A stretch of 64,000 bases of DNA from Fimbriosthenelais zetlandica (lineage: Eukaryota): positions 15,562,001-15,626,000 of the forward strand of contig OZ365116.1 of assembly GCA_977030845.1 (NCBI GenBank). The letters run 5' to 3'. Positions 40,244 to 53,261 of this stretch are shown here, in pieces. The number at the start of each line of letters is the position of its first letter. Position 1 is the first letter of the stretch. The notes beneath the pieces are model-generated. The model was not told where the DNA came from. It ran no database searches and saw only the letters and a list, made by a program, of their open reading frames with translations. A program made the translations under genes and the position numbers.

Positions 40244-43200
40244 ATGCTGAGACCCCCGTCATTCTCTGAGGTAGCCATGAAGCACTAGGGCAGTCAGATT
40301 GAGGATAGAAGGACGTGCGCGGGTGGATCTTGTCAATCTTGTCTGTTACAGAATAAGGCTTTATTTTAGCCTGTAGGGTGTCGGGGGATGAGGGGGCAAG
40401 CCTGTACTCCCGCCCGCTGGGCTGACACGCCCTCCCGGGTACTGGTGCCCCTGTCAGGCCCCCTATTCACCATAGAGAAGGACCTTAACACAAGGGCCCT
40501 ACACACTCACCCACTAACCCCAGGCATGGAGCAAAGTGTCAGCGACAAGAACAAATCTTTTGATCATATTGAAAACACGTGATATCTTCCTCTAACAAAT
40601 TGGGCACGAGGGAGGGCTGATTTTTTCCATCATTATTTTTAGAGTAATTTTAAAGTCTACACATTATAATAAATGAATTATATTCAATCCATCATACAGA
40701 TCAACAGACCTGTCTGTTCGAGTCAAAATACCATCTTAAATGGATAATTAAATGCCACAAACAAAATCCCTTTTATATTATTGAAACTAAATATAACAAA
40801 TAAATATGAAAATATGGATATTTAGAAGGAATTGGCTACGCATGTTGGACATAAATAGGGCGTCAGTTATCACACCTTCCAGTGCCAATCAAGCCTCAAT
40901 TTAACCCCATTGACAAGGGTTAGACTTGACCTTGACAATATTTACCCTCTCCCTCCACCAGCCCATCTGCCAATGTGTACCCACTAAACCTGCACTGGTC
41001 GGTATCTATATGGACAGGCCTCCTATAGGTACCAGAGATGCACTTCATAGAAGCCAATGCTTCACCATCCAAATCCATTTAAAAAAATACCAGGTTCTCC
41101 TGCCTATAGACTGCAATATAATACCATTATTTACAACACTTGTTTCCTTGATACTTTCCTTTGCAAACTTGTATATTTTGTTTCTTTTCACAAGGCTAAT
41201 ACAAGCATTGAGTACATTTAACCTGTGAGCAGGTCTAAATGGCTGATATAAGGCTGTACCTCCAGTGAGAATGGACATGGTGGTATAGAGTAGAGATCTG
41301 GTTACACGAGCCAGTGAGCATGTAGGAGGGGTGAGAGAGTGGCTCCCCTTTCCCTGTGAGCAGCAGACCGCTACCTCGAGGAGCTCACACCAAACGCGAC
41401 CACCAACTAGGATCCCACAAATCAACTTACTTAGCCTCACAAATCATCCCCTCAAACTATACCACGCCACAAATCATTCTGTTATATAGCCAGCCGAGGG
41501 TGAAACCGGAAAAGGTCTCTGAGATGTAACAGAAAAAGTATGATTCATGGTACAAATTCTACCTCCATGATGGGAACAACATACAGGCTATATGATGCTT
41601 TATAAAGGCTGAAATTCAATCTTAATTTTTTATGAAATGTCACCAATAAGAATTACGCACCATCAGCCAACATCAAGCCTATGGTCACTACTTGGCGCGT
41701 AATTTGCGCGCATACCTTTCATGAAAAATCCCCGCCACAAAATGCCAGCTCATGGGGTCCCACGCCACGCATGCAGAAAGGTGGCCTCAAGCAAGAAGAA
41801 ATGGGAAACAAATCAGGACTAGGTGATTCCAGATGTGGCGGATATGTAACACTATTAGGCCTTTTTCACTGCTTATAGAGGATGACTTTTATTACTCAAG
41901 CATAAATCTGTGGAGAAAATTTCCCCCTGGGGCCGTATGGCCAACCAGCGGAGATTGTTTATAGAAGGACATTGAGATAGTTTAATATTATGCAACAGTA
42001 AGATGCAATTGATATCCGAGTTTAACAGAAATAAGATGAAGACATTTCTTTGACCATACACTCGTTAATTTAAGCCAAGCAGCGTCCAAAGCTTTTTCAT
42101 TCATCCAAATCCTATCTCCCCATTTCTTCAACGTCCATAAACCTCGCAGCGTCACGCACCATGCGAGACCTGCCGTTACCATGGAGATTACAAAGACATA
42201 TTACACAAGATGGCGGCTATCTAGAGCGTGGCTCTAGATACTATAATAGTCCACCACCCCTGCTAGTTACTACAACATCCACAGTTATCTTTCCATCAAT
42301 TCTTATACCATTAACAAGGGTCAAATATTATATGATTGACTATATCTATATTGTATTCTTGGGACCATTTTATGATCAATTTCGGATATTTCAGCCAATG
42401 CTAAACATACGAATTTTCTTTTCTTTTGAAGTCTCCTGATCCAGCTAGCTAAATCCCTCAGATTTACCTTTCCTGCTTACAAGATGCATAGAGCTTTTTA
42501 GCTCTGAGTCCTGATATGTATTATACAATATATGTTACATCAAAGGACAAATTAATCGTGCGGATGAGACAGGTTAAAGCTGGGAGATTTAGCAATAATT
42601 CTAACCTCTGCTATCACATTACATCGGCACTTCATCAAAGTTCTCATTCTGCCCGAGGTAAAATTTTAACCAGAAATAATTAATCCCTTTTTGCTGGGGT
42701 GTGTTTGTATTTCTTCTCGGGGCTTTTCGTCCGTTGAGGAAAGCAAACAAGGGAGCTGTTGTTAGGATAATTTCAACACCAGTTTGATGAGGGTGGATGA
42801 GGAGGAGGGGGTGAGGAGGAGAAATCAATGGCTGCCACCCTACCACATCACCCCCACCCCCGTCCTTGACAGAAGGTAAATTTGAGAGTAACACCCAAAT
42901 CGATGGGCAGATAGCGAAATGGCTTTTCATTATTAGCTCTTAGCCCTCCATGCAATAGTTGCATGGGAAAAAATGTATGCATGGTGCAAACATTTCACCC
43001 TCTGAAAGCAATCTAATGAGTACTATAGCTATCCTGGAGACTCATAGCTATTATAATATTAGCCATTTATTTCACTGTAATGTGCTGCTATAACCTGAAT
43101 ATTAACCATGTTCTCTGGGTCCACTACTGGTCAACTGGGCATTGCCTCTTCAACCTTAGCAGGAAGGGTGTCTATATTCTATATAGACCTTTAAAATATT

Positions 43201-44699
43201 GACCACCATTAACCCAGGTATGTGTATGGCAGAGATCAAATATTGGACAATAGGATTGGCTTAGGGCTACCAGCTCGCGACTCTAACATCTCGAGCAAGC
43301 AAAGACTAGTGGTTTGTAGGAAACAGGTGAGAAGTTATGTAACCTCATCTCAGACCCTGGCACGATCGTTGGACCGCCCTTAAAAAGGTGAGGTCGAGAA
43401 AATGACCAATTTTGTGAAACTGAGCATAAGGGTAAACTTCCCATAACGGCCGCTTATGGGGTTTTACTGGAGCTAAAGGATGGAGGGTTGAAGTGGTGGG
43501 TGGGTAAGTCAATGTAATTAGACATAAAGGAGGAGATTAATGCCACATTATTGCTGATATTTGTATATGGTTTAACGAGGGATTAAACTGTGTATATGGC
43601 TCCTTATTCCAGCTTTAGTGGCTGAAGATTACACTTCATAAGACCACTTAAAATCAAGCATACTCAATTAATTATTTTATGGGGAAAAATGTTCAAGTAC
43701 AGATCTTGAAAGTATGTATGCCTATCACTCAACTGCATGGCACTGACAGCAATTCCATCCTTAATTCTTTCAAACAGTTCTGTGCTCGGAAAAAGGACAT
43801 TAAATTGGATAGAGGGTGAATATGGACAAATGTCTGGGATATTCTTTTTCCTTTGAGTGAGTTAGGGGGCTTTGTGTGGTTAAGGCGCCGACCCTACCTA
43901 CCACAGATCAAAGATGATCCCGGCGGGGAACAAAGGCCCTCACCCTGGGGGTCCTAGGTCCCACGCGCCCATCGCTTACCACCTAAATGCCCTCAGGCAA
44001 TTCTTCTACAGCCAGAGGAGCCTACAGGTCCCTGGATGAGTGGAGCTGATGATATGTGGGCAGTGAGGGTGGGTATAGATGTATTGGTTGACCACAGGCA
44101 GGACCCTGGAGGAAGGCTGCGGGCATCAGTCACCTTCAAGGCTATGGTCAGTGAAGCAGGAAGGCGCGGGGGAAACATCATTGGGGAATGATGTGGTCAA
44201 AGGGAAGTATATCACAGAGCAAAACAGTGTGAGTACTAACAAATGAGGTGGTGTGAGTGCAGCGTTTATATGATCACGCCATCAATAGAGGTCCATAGCA
44301 GATGGAAGGTCGATTAAAAAATCAATTGAATTTATTTTATATCTTAATAAGACAGGACAGAGCATCCTGCAGAAATGAAATGGGATCTTTTCTCGGTCCA
44401 CACTTTCAGCACCTCAGCGCAACCCACATTTTGACAAAACAAGTTTTTTTTTCAAACAACATTCTGCTTCGAGGAATGCCTCAGTATTGAGCTGGATTTT
44501 TTCTTCCCTTCCTCTTTTGCGTCAAAATACAAGAGGCGTTCACCAAAATTCAGGATGACGCAATTTATTTGAGCAGATTACATGGCGCAATTTGTGCATC
44601 GCAGTTTAAAAAACCTTTGCCCAATAACAGCCAAGAACAATGTGACACAAAAGACGGGCCGCCATTATTGTGTTGCTGTCTGTAATTACCGCATGCACC

Positions 44700-45180
44700 T
44701 TGTCTCTCAATATCTCGCCTTCTCTCGCGATCACGAGACTTGAGTTTGGGAGCTGCTCACGGCAGCGTGAGCTCACTTCCATTTTCTAATGACCTGCGAA
44801 TTTCACGCGGTTTGCCGCTGTTTGTGATTAGATTGTCGTGAAGCGACATTTTTCTTTCTCTCCGATCCTTCTGGCCCACAAATGATGATGGCAACGGTGG
44901 CGCGGCCGCCGGCCGCCACTTCAAACTGTTGACTTCTTTTTGCCAGTATAACACAATCGTAATGGACCATTATTCCCCTCCAAGTGCCGTGCGCGTTCAA
45001 GACTCTCGTGAGAATTCACGAGCTTTCACGAGAGAGACACCTCCTCCATCTCCGCCCGCGCCCTCCCCCCTCCTCCTCGAAAAGTCAAAAATGCGAGGAG
45101 ACAGACAGGGACTGGTGGGTAATGAAGCTGACCGTGCGCAGCTCTTGTCGCAGAGATGCGTCGCGCGAGAGTTCAAGTAA
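44700..45180. promoter_or_regulatory. CpG-rich element with repeated CTCG(C/T)GA words
   Basis: TCTCGCGATCACGAGA 44723-44738; CTCGTGA/TCACGAG at 45005, 45016 and 45026; TCGCGCGAGA 45161-45170; GC-rich core at 44890-44920. Confidence 0.45.
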
Positions 45181-48100
45181 AAGACGAGAGCTTTGATCGG
45201 AGCGCAGGAAAAGCTGGTCTCTGGGAGGAGAGGAGAATTGGGCGTTTGTCAGGTGATGAAAGGCAGCACGGACACTTGACTGAATTAATGACTATTCTCC
45301 AGCCACAAAAGCCGGCTGCTAATTGCCACTGCCCATTGTCGGCACTGATCGCTAATGAGTCCACAAGGTGGCGCTTCTTTTGGGCTACGTCACGTCCGGT
45401 TGGCATGGGAACAGATAACAAACAGGTGATGGAGATAGTCCTGAGGGTCACTTATCCACCATCTCCTCACCAGAAGGCCCTTGTAACATATTGGCTAAAT
45501 TTAATAAAATATATGGGAAAGGATATAGATTTGGTGAAACCCAATCAGTTGTATTATGGGGAGACTTTTTATAGGGAGACTTGTGCCCCTGGGGAACCTC
45601 TGGATCCTCATTTCAGTCTACAAGGGTTTTGAGCAGGTGACCAAATATTCGGAGGCCAGGAGAAGTGATCTATCACTGCCTGGTGTGGAATGGCTGGGCC
45701 TTATCTCAGCCAACCACCGTCTCTCTCCCTCCATGGCCAGTCTCATATTCCCATTCCACGCACAACTACCTCTTACTTTAATACTGTATTTTGACGTGTT
45801 TCCCATATCGGCTAATTTGGTGGGCGTTCTTTGTGGAGTGAGGAGGATTTGTGGGGCAGGTTAAGGTCTGCTGCGCGCGGCAAAGTGGGCACTGACGTCC
45901 TGGCTGCGCTATGATAAGCGTCGACGCTAAGTACGTCATTAATTTCCTGGGCAAAATGCAATGTGGCCCTGCTTCCGGAAGGTTTATGTGCTCCTTTTTA
46001 AAAGAAGCCAATGGCCGGGGACTTTCCTCTCATCATAAAGCATGGGCGGTGAAAGCTGGAATTATCGTTCGATATACATTTTTGTCGGACAAAAGACAAG
46101 AAGTATTGGAAAAAAGATACATTGAAGGCCCATAGATTTCTACCGCATTCAGGGCGCAGCTGTGGCCATACAAAAATGATCATCATAAATATAAGGCCTT
46201 TATACTTTAATACAAGTATTGGCGACCAATTTATCACATGATATATCCCCTTTCACCCGCGTATTCTTACTTTTAATTTACAGTTTGTCTTATAATATGG
46301 AATGGCGCGTTCATTTCCTGCTGATCGTCCCCGTTAGTCCATCATTGCCTATTCAAACAGTAGATATTATATTGGTCCCCGTCTAACTCCTTGTGCCCGT
46401 CCGTCCTCGCCTCACCACCACCGTCTGTTCTCCTACCAGTCCCCTCCACCAGTGATGGAGTACATCCTGGATATTTCCCGCCATTTGATCCCCGCTACAA
46501 ACAAGCCAGAAATGATACTCAATCCACAAAGTATCCATAATTTGTTAACAATCCGTTTTACAATGTGGCGTTTGCGGACGCCGGGGCCGGTAGTCATACA
46601 GGGGTTTGGACGCCCATCCATCTTGATTCAGTTTCCAGACTGTCACAGACTCTTAATTGAAAATGCAGACCTCTCGCTGCACCCTGGCCCTGCACAGACT
46701 AGCCCCCGTCCACCACGCTATGACAAGACTGTGGCATTTCAACAGCCAAGGATTAAATAAAGGTTTTCTGAGGGCACATTTGTGCAAATCTTTGCAGATA
46801 ATTTCATATAGGTAATTCATTAAACAGCTTGGCTTATGAAATATATATTATGAAAAATACCATCCCACATCTAAATGCTTGGGCACATCTACACCCGAGC
46901 CAGTAAAGCATTAAATAGGAGCCACTCCTCCTCCTCCTTCTCCCTGCTCGCCTTCCATCATTTCACCATTTTTCCCCCGCTGTCATGGCAACGCTGAGGT
47001 CAGGAGATATATAAATGATCGGGGGAGAGCTGCCAGGGGAATAATTTATTTATAAACAGTATGTAATAGCATTGACGGGTGCCTTATTGGTGGTCTAACA
47101 GACTCCACGGAGTGTGAGATTGAGGTATGCATACATATATACACGCGCATAGAATGCATGTGGATATGATTAGCACCGATCAACTTTTGCTAAAGAGCTC
47201 CGACTATTTACTATTGTACAAAGACTGTTTATATTTCAATCAAATTTCAATTTTGCACCAATAGTGGAACATCAGAGGACTACATAGTTGCCTATGTTGG
47301 CTCAGGGCAGTGGGGAGCTACCTGGGGGGCTGAGGCTGCATGCATGGCTTCAGTGGTCGCCCGCTGGTTCACTGCTCACAGGACAAGTCGTGATTAATAC
47401 AAGGCCACATAGCCACAAGTCCATTTTGATTTGTTTACAATAGCTGGCGAGAATACTCCATCTGTATATATTTAATTACATATCAAACCCCCAGTCTATA
47501 AACGATGCCTCTAATAACCAAAGGCAATTATAGCTCTCATGGCATTCCATAGTTCTCCCAAATACTATTCCCAAGTCATATTCCACATTAAAGTTGAAGA
47601 TCAAGATATGAAACGACCATGCATCAAATCCCCATGGAATGTTCATGTAATAATTTCTCACTGGGTGTGTATTCGATGCATATGACGGTATATTAATGGG
47701 TTACATAAATACACAAGCATGTCAAATATTCCGACTAAAGGCAATGCACAGGTTGATTGACAGGACCTTAATACAGGTGTAACGTTTTGACGGGGGTCAC
47801 TTGGTGCAGTGCTGGATTCTCCACCAATGTGAGAGAGTAAACTGTGTACATGGATCTTGCAGCCATTGAATGTAGATTTTGCCAGGTAACTCTAGACGAC
47901 AAACACCCACTACCACTATAGCAGTATGTCAGGCTGATTCCTCCATATGCTCACTCCTCCACACATCTCACACTAAACATGCTCTCCCCAGATTTAACTC
48001 ATTTTAAGGAATACGCCAATTAAATATCTAAGAAACATTTGATATGCACAATTGGTAGGCAAGGATATATTTCATCTAATATCAAGGCTTCCGATATCAT

Positions 48101-50418
48101 CACATTATAAATAAATTCATTGACATGGAAACATGGAGTTAGTCTAGCGTCTTCCTTCAATGTATTATTTGAATAAGATTTCATAGAGCCTGCATTTCCA
48201 GCGCTAGCACTAAAACTCCTGAGGCAATGTTTATTCTGGAAGCAAAGCCACAAAGAAAAGAGCAATACTCTCAATGTTGCATAGGTTAAGGTACATTGAG
48301 TGCATGGCTTCTAGCTTGAATGCTTCCCTTTCATTGCCTCTATCCCTCATCTCACATGAATATCTGTCACTCATCTAAATACATACTCGCTGGTAGCTGC
48401 AATTTTTATATGCCTCAGTACATGGCTATGATAGATGCATGCAGGAGACGCATCTTACTGTTAATCATGATTAAATCAGAGCTAGGGTTGACGGGCTAAC
48501 TTTACATGGGGAGAGATGGGACAGGAAGGTGACCTTGAGTCGACAATAGAACATGTCGATGACGTGAAAGCATAACATTTCACAAATTGCTGAATCACAA
48601 AGTTTTTACCCCAACTCAAAGCCACTCAGCACTTTGAAATGTCAATCAAAGGACACAAAAAATAGACAACCATGAATAATCAAATGAGAGCAATGACAAA
48701 TTGTAACCATCTTAATCCTAACATGGTGTTTCTGTCTCCAGAGGTGAATGTGGGATATGAATACAGCTATATGATGCTCTCTTCAGTGAGTATCAGCTTC
48801 ACAATGGTAGGCCTACCTATAGATATCACAATGGAAGCATATTGATCTGCCCAGTCAAATGACATAATGTCTCAATGGCAATGAACGAAGGAAGTATAAC
48901 TTCTTCTCTCCACCCTCATGTCCATAGAATGCCTATATCGATACAAAAGGAGAGGCAAAGGTCAGTAGAAGGGCATGGCCTTGACCTTCACACTAGGGGT
49001 GAGATGTAAGGTCATGTAAGGATGTAAATGGTCAGTGATGATCAGGTAGGGTGAGGGGGTGAGGGGGAGCGTGCTGGATCATTCAGCTCTCTCTATAGAT
49101 GCGTGACAATGACAACTACAGCTCACACTGGGTCACCCGGTCAGACAGAGGGAAGGACAGGAAATGACCAAAAATGCATATTTGTTGCAATGTGCCTGAG
49201 ATATATTCAGAAAGTGTGCACATTTGAATGACAACGATAGGTTAAAAGGAATGAGGCCTGTATGCTTTATAACACTCCTTTCATGACACATATTTCTAAC
49301 ATTCATATCATTTGCAATTTTTCAATTTGAATCAATTCAGGACAGAAGTTAATCCTTTTTGAATGGTCATAAAAACCTTTGCTATGGACATACTTTGATA
49401 GGTTTTATGATAAGAGATATCAAAGTGTGGGGTACTTATCAGGGCCCAGTATCTGCTCACAGCACAAGCTTGTAATGAGGGCCACATTGAGAGCCACTGA
49501 TCAGGTCCACGTGGGTTCTCTCTGACACCACAATCAGCCCTCCACCTCACTCACAGTCAAACATTCAGGCATAGGCCACCAACATCTAAGTCTCCCACAT
49601 AACGTTAAAAGGTAGGGGTCATTGAGCCCCAACTCAGCCTGGGATAGACTAAATCCAATCCCACTTCCAACGACATCCGTCTCAATTAAAGCAGACCAAA
49701 GAGGTGAGCTCGGCTTAAACCATGCTCCGCCTCACATTATTTGTCAGCACCACTGTGTTAACAAATGTAACTGTCATGTTTAGGTAAAACTTACACCAGT
49801 AGATATATTACATGATGTATGAAGCGGGAGAGGCGAGTGTCTTTTCATGTTCTTTGTCTTTGGTTCAGGAATTCCTCCTACCAACAGTTAAAAAGGTCGG
49901 GTTCTCTCATAGGGGAAAGTGGGGTTGTCTTGGGTCATAGGCATTTCCCATTACAGCTGTTGGATCCAATGAATGGGTGTATAAATATGAGTTGATTGTG
50001 GTAAGTATGGGTGGGGAGAGGACAGCTCTATGATCGATGGACAATGAAGGCATGTCTTACATTTCCTTTTCATTTTGGGGAATAAACCAGTCATAAAATT
50101 TGGTTTCTCATAATTCACTGAAACAATATAAAGAATTATTATAGTAAAGTGCCGTTACATGGGGCTAATAATGCCTTTTTGATGTACAGGTTTCGAGTTT
50201 TCCTATATAAGTGTACAATCTTAGGGTAAAAGACTCAAGGCTAAAGCAATAACTTTGCTTAAAATGCAAGGTAGAACTATAGAAGGGAATGTTATATATA
50301 AGGATTGGTATTGAAATGCCAGCTTTAGGCAGAGTAACCATCCACAGTCAAGTAAAGACATCAATCATCACCAAACCACGGTCCCTGAAGTCTGGTCTCA
50401 GGAGAACACAGGGCCTAA

Positions 50419-50461
50419 TGATTGACAGTCAACTTTGATTGACAGCTGACTCTTGTGACAG
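50419..50461 (+). promoter_or_regulatory. Tandem Pbx-Meis/Prep (TALE) consensus sites
   Basis: TGATTGACAG at 50419-50428 and 50436-50445, plus TGACAG at 50456-50461. A third exact decamer lies at 47754-47763. Confidence 0.5.
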
Positions 50462-51734
50462 CAGCAAGGCTTGCCTTAAGGTCTTTTCAACCACAGGCTA
50501 AAGACAACCAGCTGGGGATGTTTCACCAAAAGATTTATACAAATATATATCAATAAACACGCTATTGGCGAAAAGCGCGCAGCTTTTTCCGTGAAACACA
50601 CCCCCGGGTAGCATAGAGATCTGTAATCTTTGGGGGAAATGTTTACAGCCTAACTGTCAGACCACCAGCTACTGGCCCTTAGATCCTGACCCCTTTCCTC
50701 AATGGTAGAAGGATCGAAGATTCAAACTTCAATAAGCCTGGAGATGCAATGGGGGATCAAAGCACCAGGCTACTGATCCTCAGCATTTAGACATGAATGG
50801 CAGATACATTCATTGTTGACCTTTATTTTGAGATTTATGTGAGCTGGGAGGATGTCTCTCTGGTTAAGTCGTGAACTATATAATCTATACCAGATTAGAG
50901 GAGGTACAAAAAAGTGAAATGTTCCGCCAAAGCTTTTTAAACACCTGGCGATATTTTATACATTTTTAAAAGTATTCCTGCAATTTGTCGCAGGATTTAT
51001 AAAGGGACTTTCTTTCCTTCACTTCAACACTGGAGTGAGTGGAATCCCGAGTTGAATTATACGTGCAGTGGTCGGCAGCTATGTCTCCACCCAGGCAATT
51101 CACAGCCACCAACCACCATACTTAACTTGGTGAAATTTATTGGCTTGGACCCTTTGCGAGTTGCTTTTTCATCCATTTGATTGGCTGGAGTATATTTCAT
51201 TGAGTACATGTGTAAAGCATTCTGGGTGCTGAGCGATCTGGCTTCTCCCTGGAGGCAGATTACGGAACTACGTCAGGGGTCAGTGACAGGCTGCGACGTG
51301 AGAACGTCTGGTCGGCAGCTGAGAGAAATAAACAAACGCCATCAAAGCGTTCAGTGGTGAATAGAGAAAACATTTCATGTCCCTTTAAACCGATCTGGTT
51401 CTAGAATCCATGGATATTCTAAACTTCTACAAACTTCTAATATTAAAATAGGTAACGTGATATATATATATAAAGACAATGAGATGCTTTTAAATAGACT
51501 CATACAAATTCATATGAGACTGTTTTTGAGATGCCTCATCTTATCAGCTCCATAGTGCCATCTATTTGGCAGTGGAGTATTTTCATTTGATCAGAGAACA
51601 TTTCATGCTGGTTTGTTCGATAATTGACCAAAAAACATGTAAAATAGAGTGAAGAACCAACATCAAGGTCATTGTAACATCTCTGCCCCGTGTTCAAGTA
51701 CGGCATGACGGGAACTGTCGCTCCAGGTCTCGTC

Positions 51735-51875
51735 TAGGTCACGAGTAGCAAACTCTCGCGAGACGTGAGCAAGCATGCATGCGCATGCGCATCGTGTGTG
51801 GGATTTGATTGCACATCAGTCCCGCGCAGGACGCCAGATCACGCGTGACCCGGATCTCGGGCGCGAGATTTCCTC
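51735..51875. promoter_or_regulatory. Promoter-like palindromic motif cluster (BANP-type CGCG element plus NRF1/erect-wing site)
   Basis: Exact TCTCGCGAGA 51754-51763, exact TGCGCATGCGCA 51780-51791, palindrome TCACGCGTGA 51839-51848 and inverted ATCTCG-GGCG-CGAGAT 51854-51869, all within ~120 bp. Confidence 0.5.
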
Positions 51876-53230
51876 CTCGACCAAACAGACAGGGATGGTA
51901 GTGATGGCTATACAAGGAAGATGGGGGAGTTTAGAGGAGAGAGAGGCACGACACTATTTTTTTGTTATCTAAATATACTCGCCAAATTCAGCTCTAGATC
52001 TTGTACCTCTTCTAGGCATCATCTGATGAAAGCAGATTGAATAAATCTATATAATGCAAAAGGTTTCAGGTATTAAAATGGAAAATATTTACAAATTAAC
52101 ACCGGACTTGGACCTTTAGCATATACAATGATAGGATACATTATAGAATTATTAGATAGTTAATCATACAGCCTTGACACAAAGGAAAATGCCCCTGGCC
52201 CAGGGGAAATTGGAACAATCGGGACTTCATTGTGTTTGCATATGAAAATACAAGTGGGAGAATGCTTGAGGTGGGGGATATTTGCTAGACTCGTCTCCAT
52301 ATTCTCTGTCAATACCGTTATGAAGCCTGTGATGACTTCTACTGGATCTACTGTACACATGCCATTAACATTGTTTGTCGTAAAGAGGAGCCAAGTTTGG
52401 CCTTCTCTACAATTATATTAGACAAGTGTGGTTTGTGCTTTAAGATAGGACTTATATATAGGTTCATTTATATGGCTTTAACTTGACCAAAATTCTTAAC
52501 AGTTTTTTGCCATTTAGAAACTTTTAGAAACTGTTATATCCAATGCAAAAATATTGCATGGTAGAATCCGCCAAGTTAATGAAGAAGCAGTATAGACTGA
52601 AAACTACAGACTCCAATCCTACCCACAGACCAGTACTTCACACTCCATCCTGCCGCCCTACCAGCAGATGATCAATGGGCGTATAATCCGCACCACACAC
52701 CCCTCCACACTCTCCCCAGCTTATTTTACCCCCTTCACCTCGTATACACAACTTGCCCGACCAGATTGTCTCATCGAGTCAGCCACAAGGGCATTAGATG
52801 CCCCACAAGGGCTTTATACTTCACTATGCCATTCAAAGATGGGCTCAATTTGTTTGAATTTTGCCTACATTAAACGTCTGATTGCCCTATAAGGTTACAT
52901 TGTTGAGAGAGGGACGCCATTTTGGATTAAAATTGGCAGCTGAATATATAATCCTCCCAGCGACATCTCCTTCTGATTCAAATTTCCCACCTGTGTCTGT
53001 ATTGAATCGGGTCACAACCAAGGGAATTTCATTCTGTGCGAAACGCAATTGTACATAAAATGCGGAAAAAATACTCCAATACTGCCTTGGGATCAGACAG
53101 GGAATGTAATTAAATGTATCAGTTTCATTGAGGGAGTTTCACCGTGAGTAATAGAAATAAATCACGCGGTTCGACGTAATGTTATAGTATATAGGCAAGG
53201 TATAACATCAAAGATAGCAGGCTGGGTATA

Positions 53231-53261
53231 CAGTGTGGGAACGCCACACACAGCGTGGGAA
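53231..53261 (+). promoter_or_regulatory. Paired Su(H)/CSL sites in direct repeat
   Basis: CAGTGTGGGAA 53231-53241 and CAGCGTGGGAA 53251-53261. Both match YGTGGGAA, with a 20-bp period. Confidence 0.4.

Noticed and set aside
41750-41815. SWG...EMG resembling AWG...ELG of sim exon 2
   Set aside because: Lacks the leading GLG and the SHLLQ end, and has no phase-1 acceptor or matching donor.
45156-45632. 158-aa ORF on the + strand in the sim intron
   Set aside because: No similarity to PAS domains or any family I recognise; starts at a non-ATG codon.
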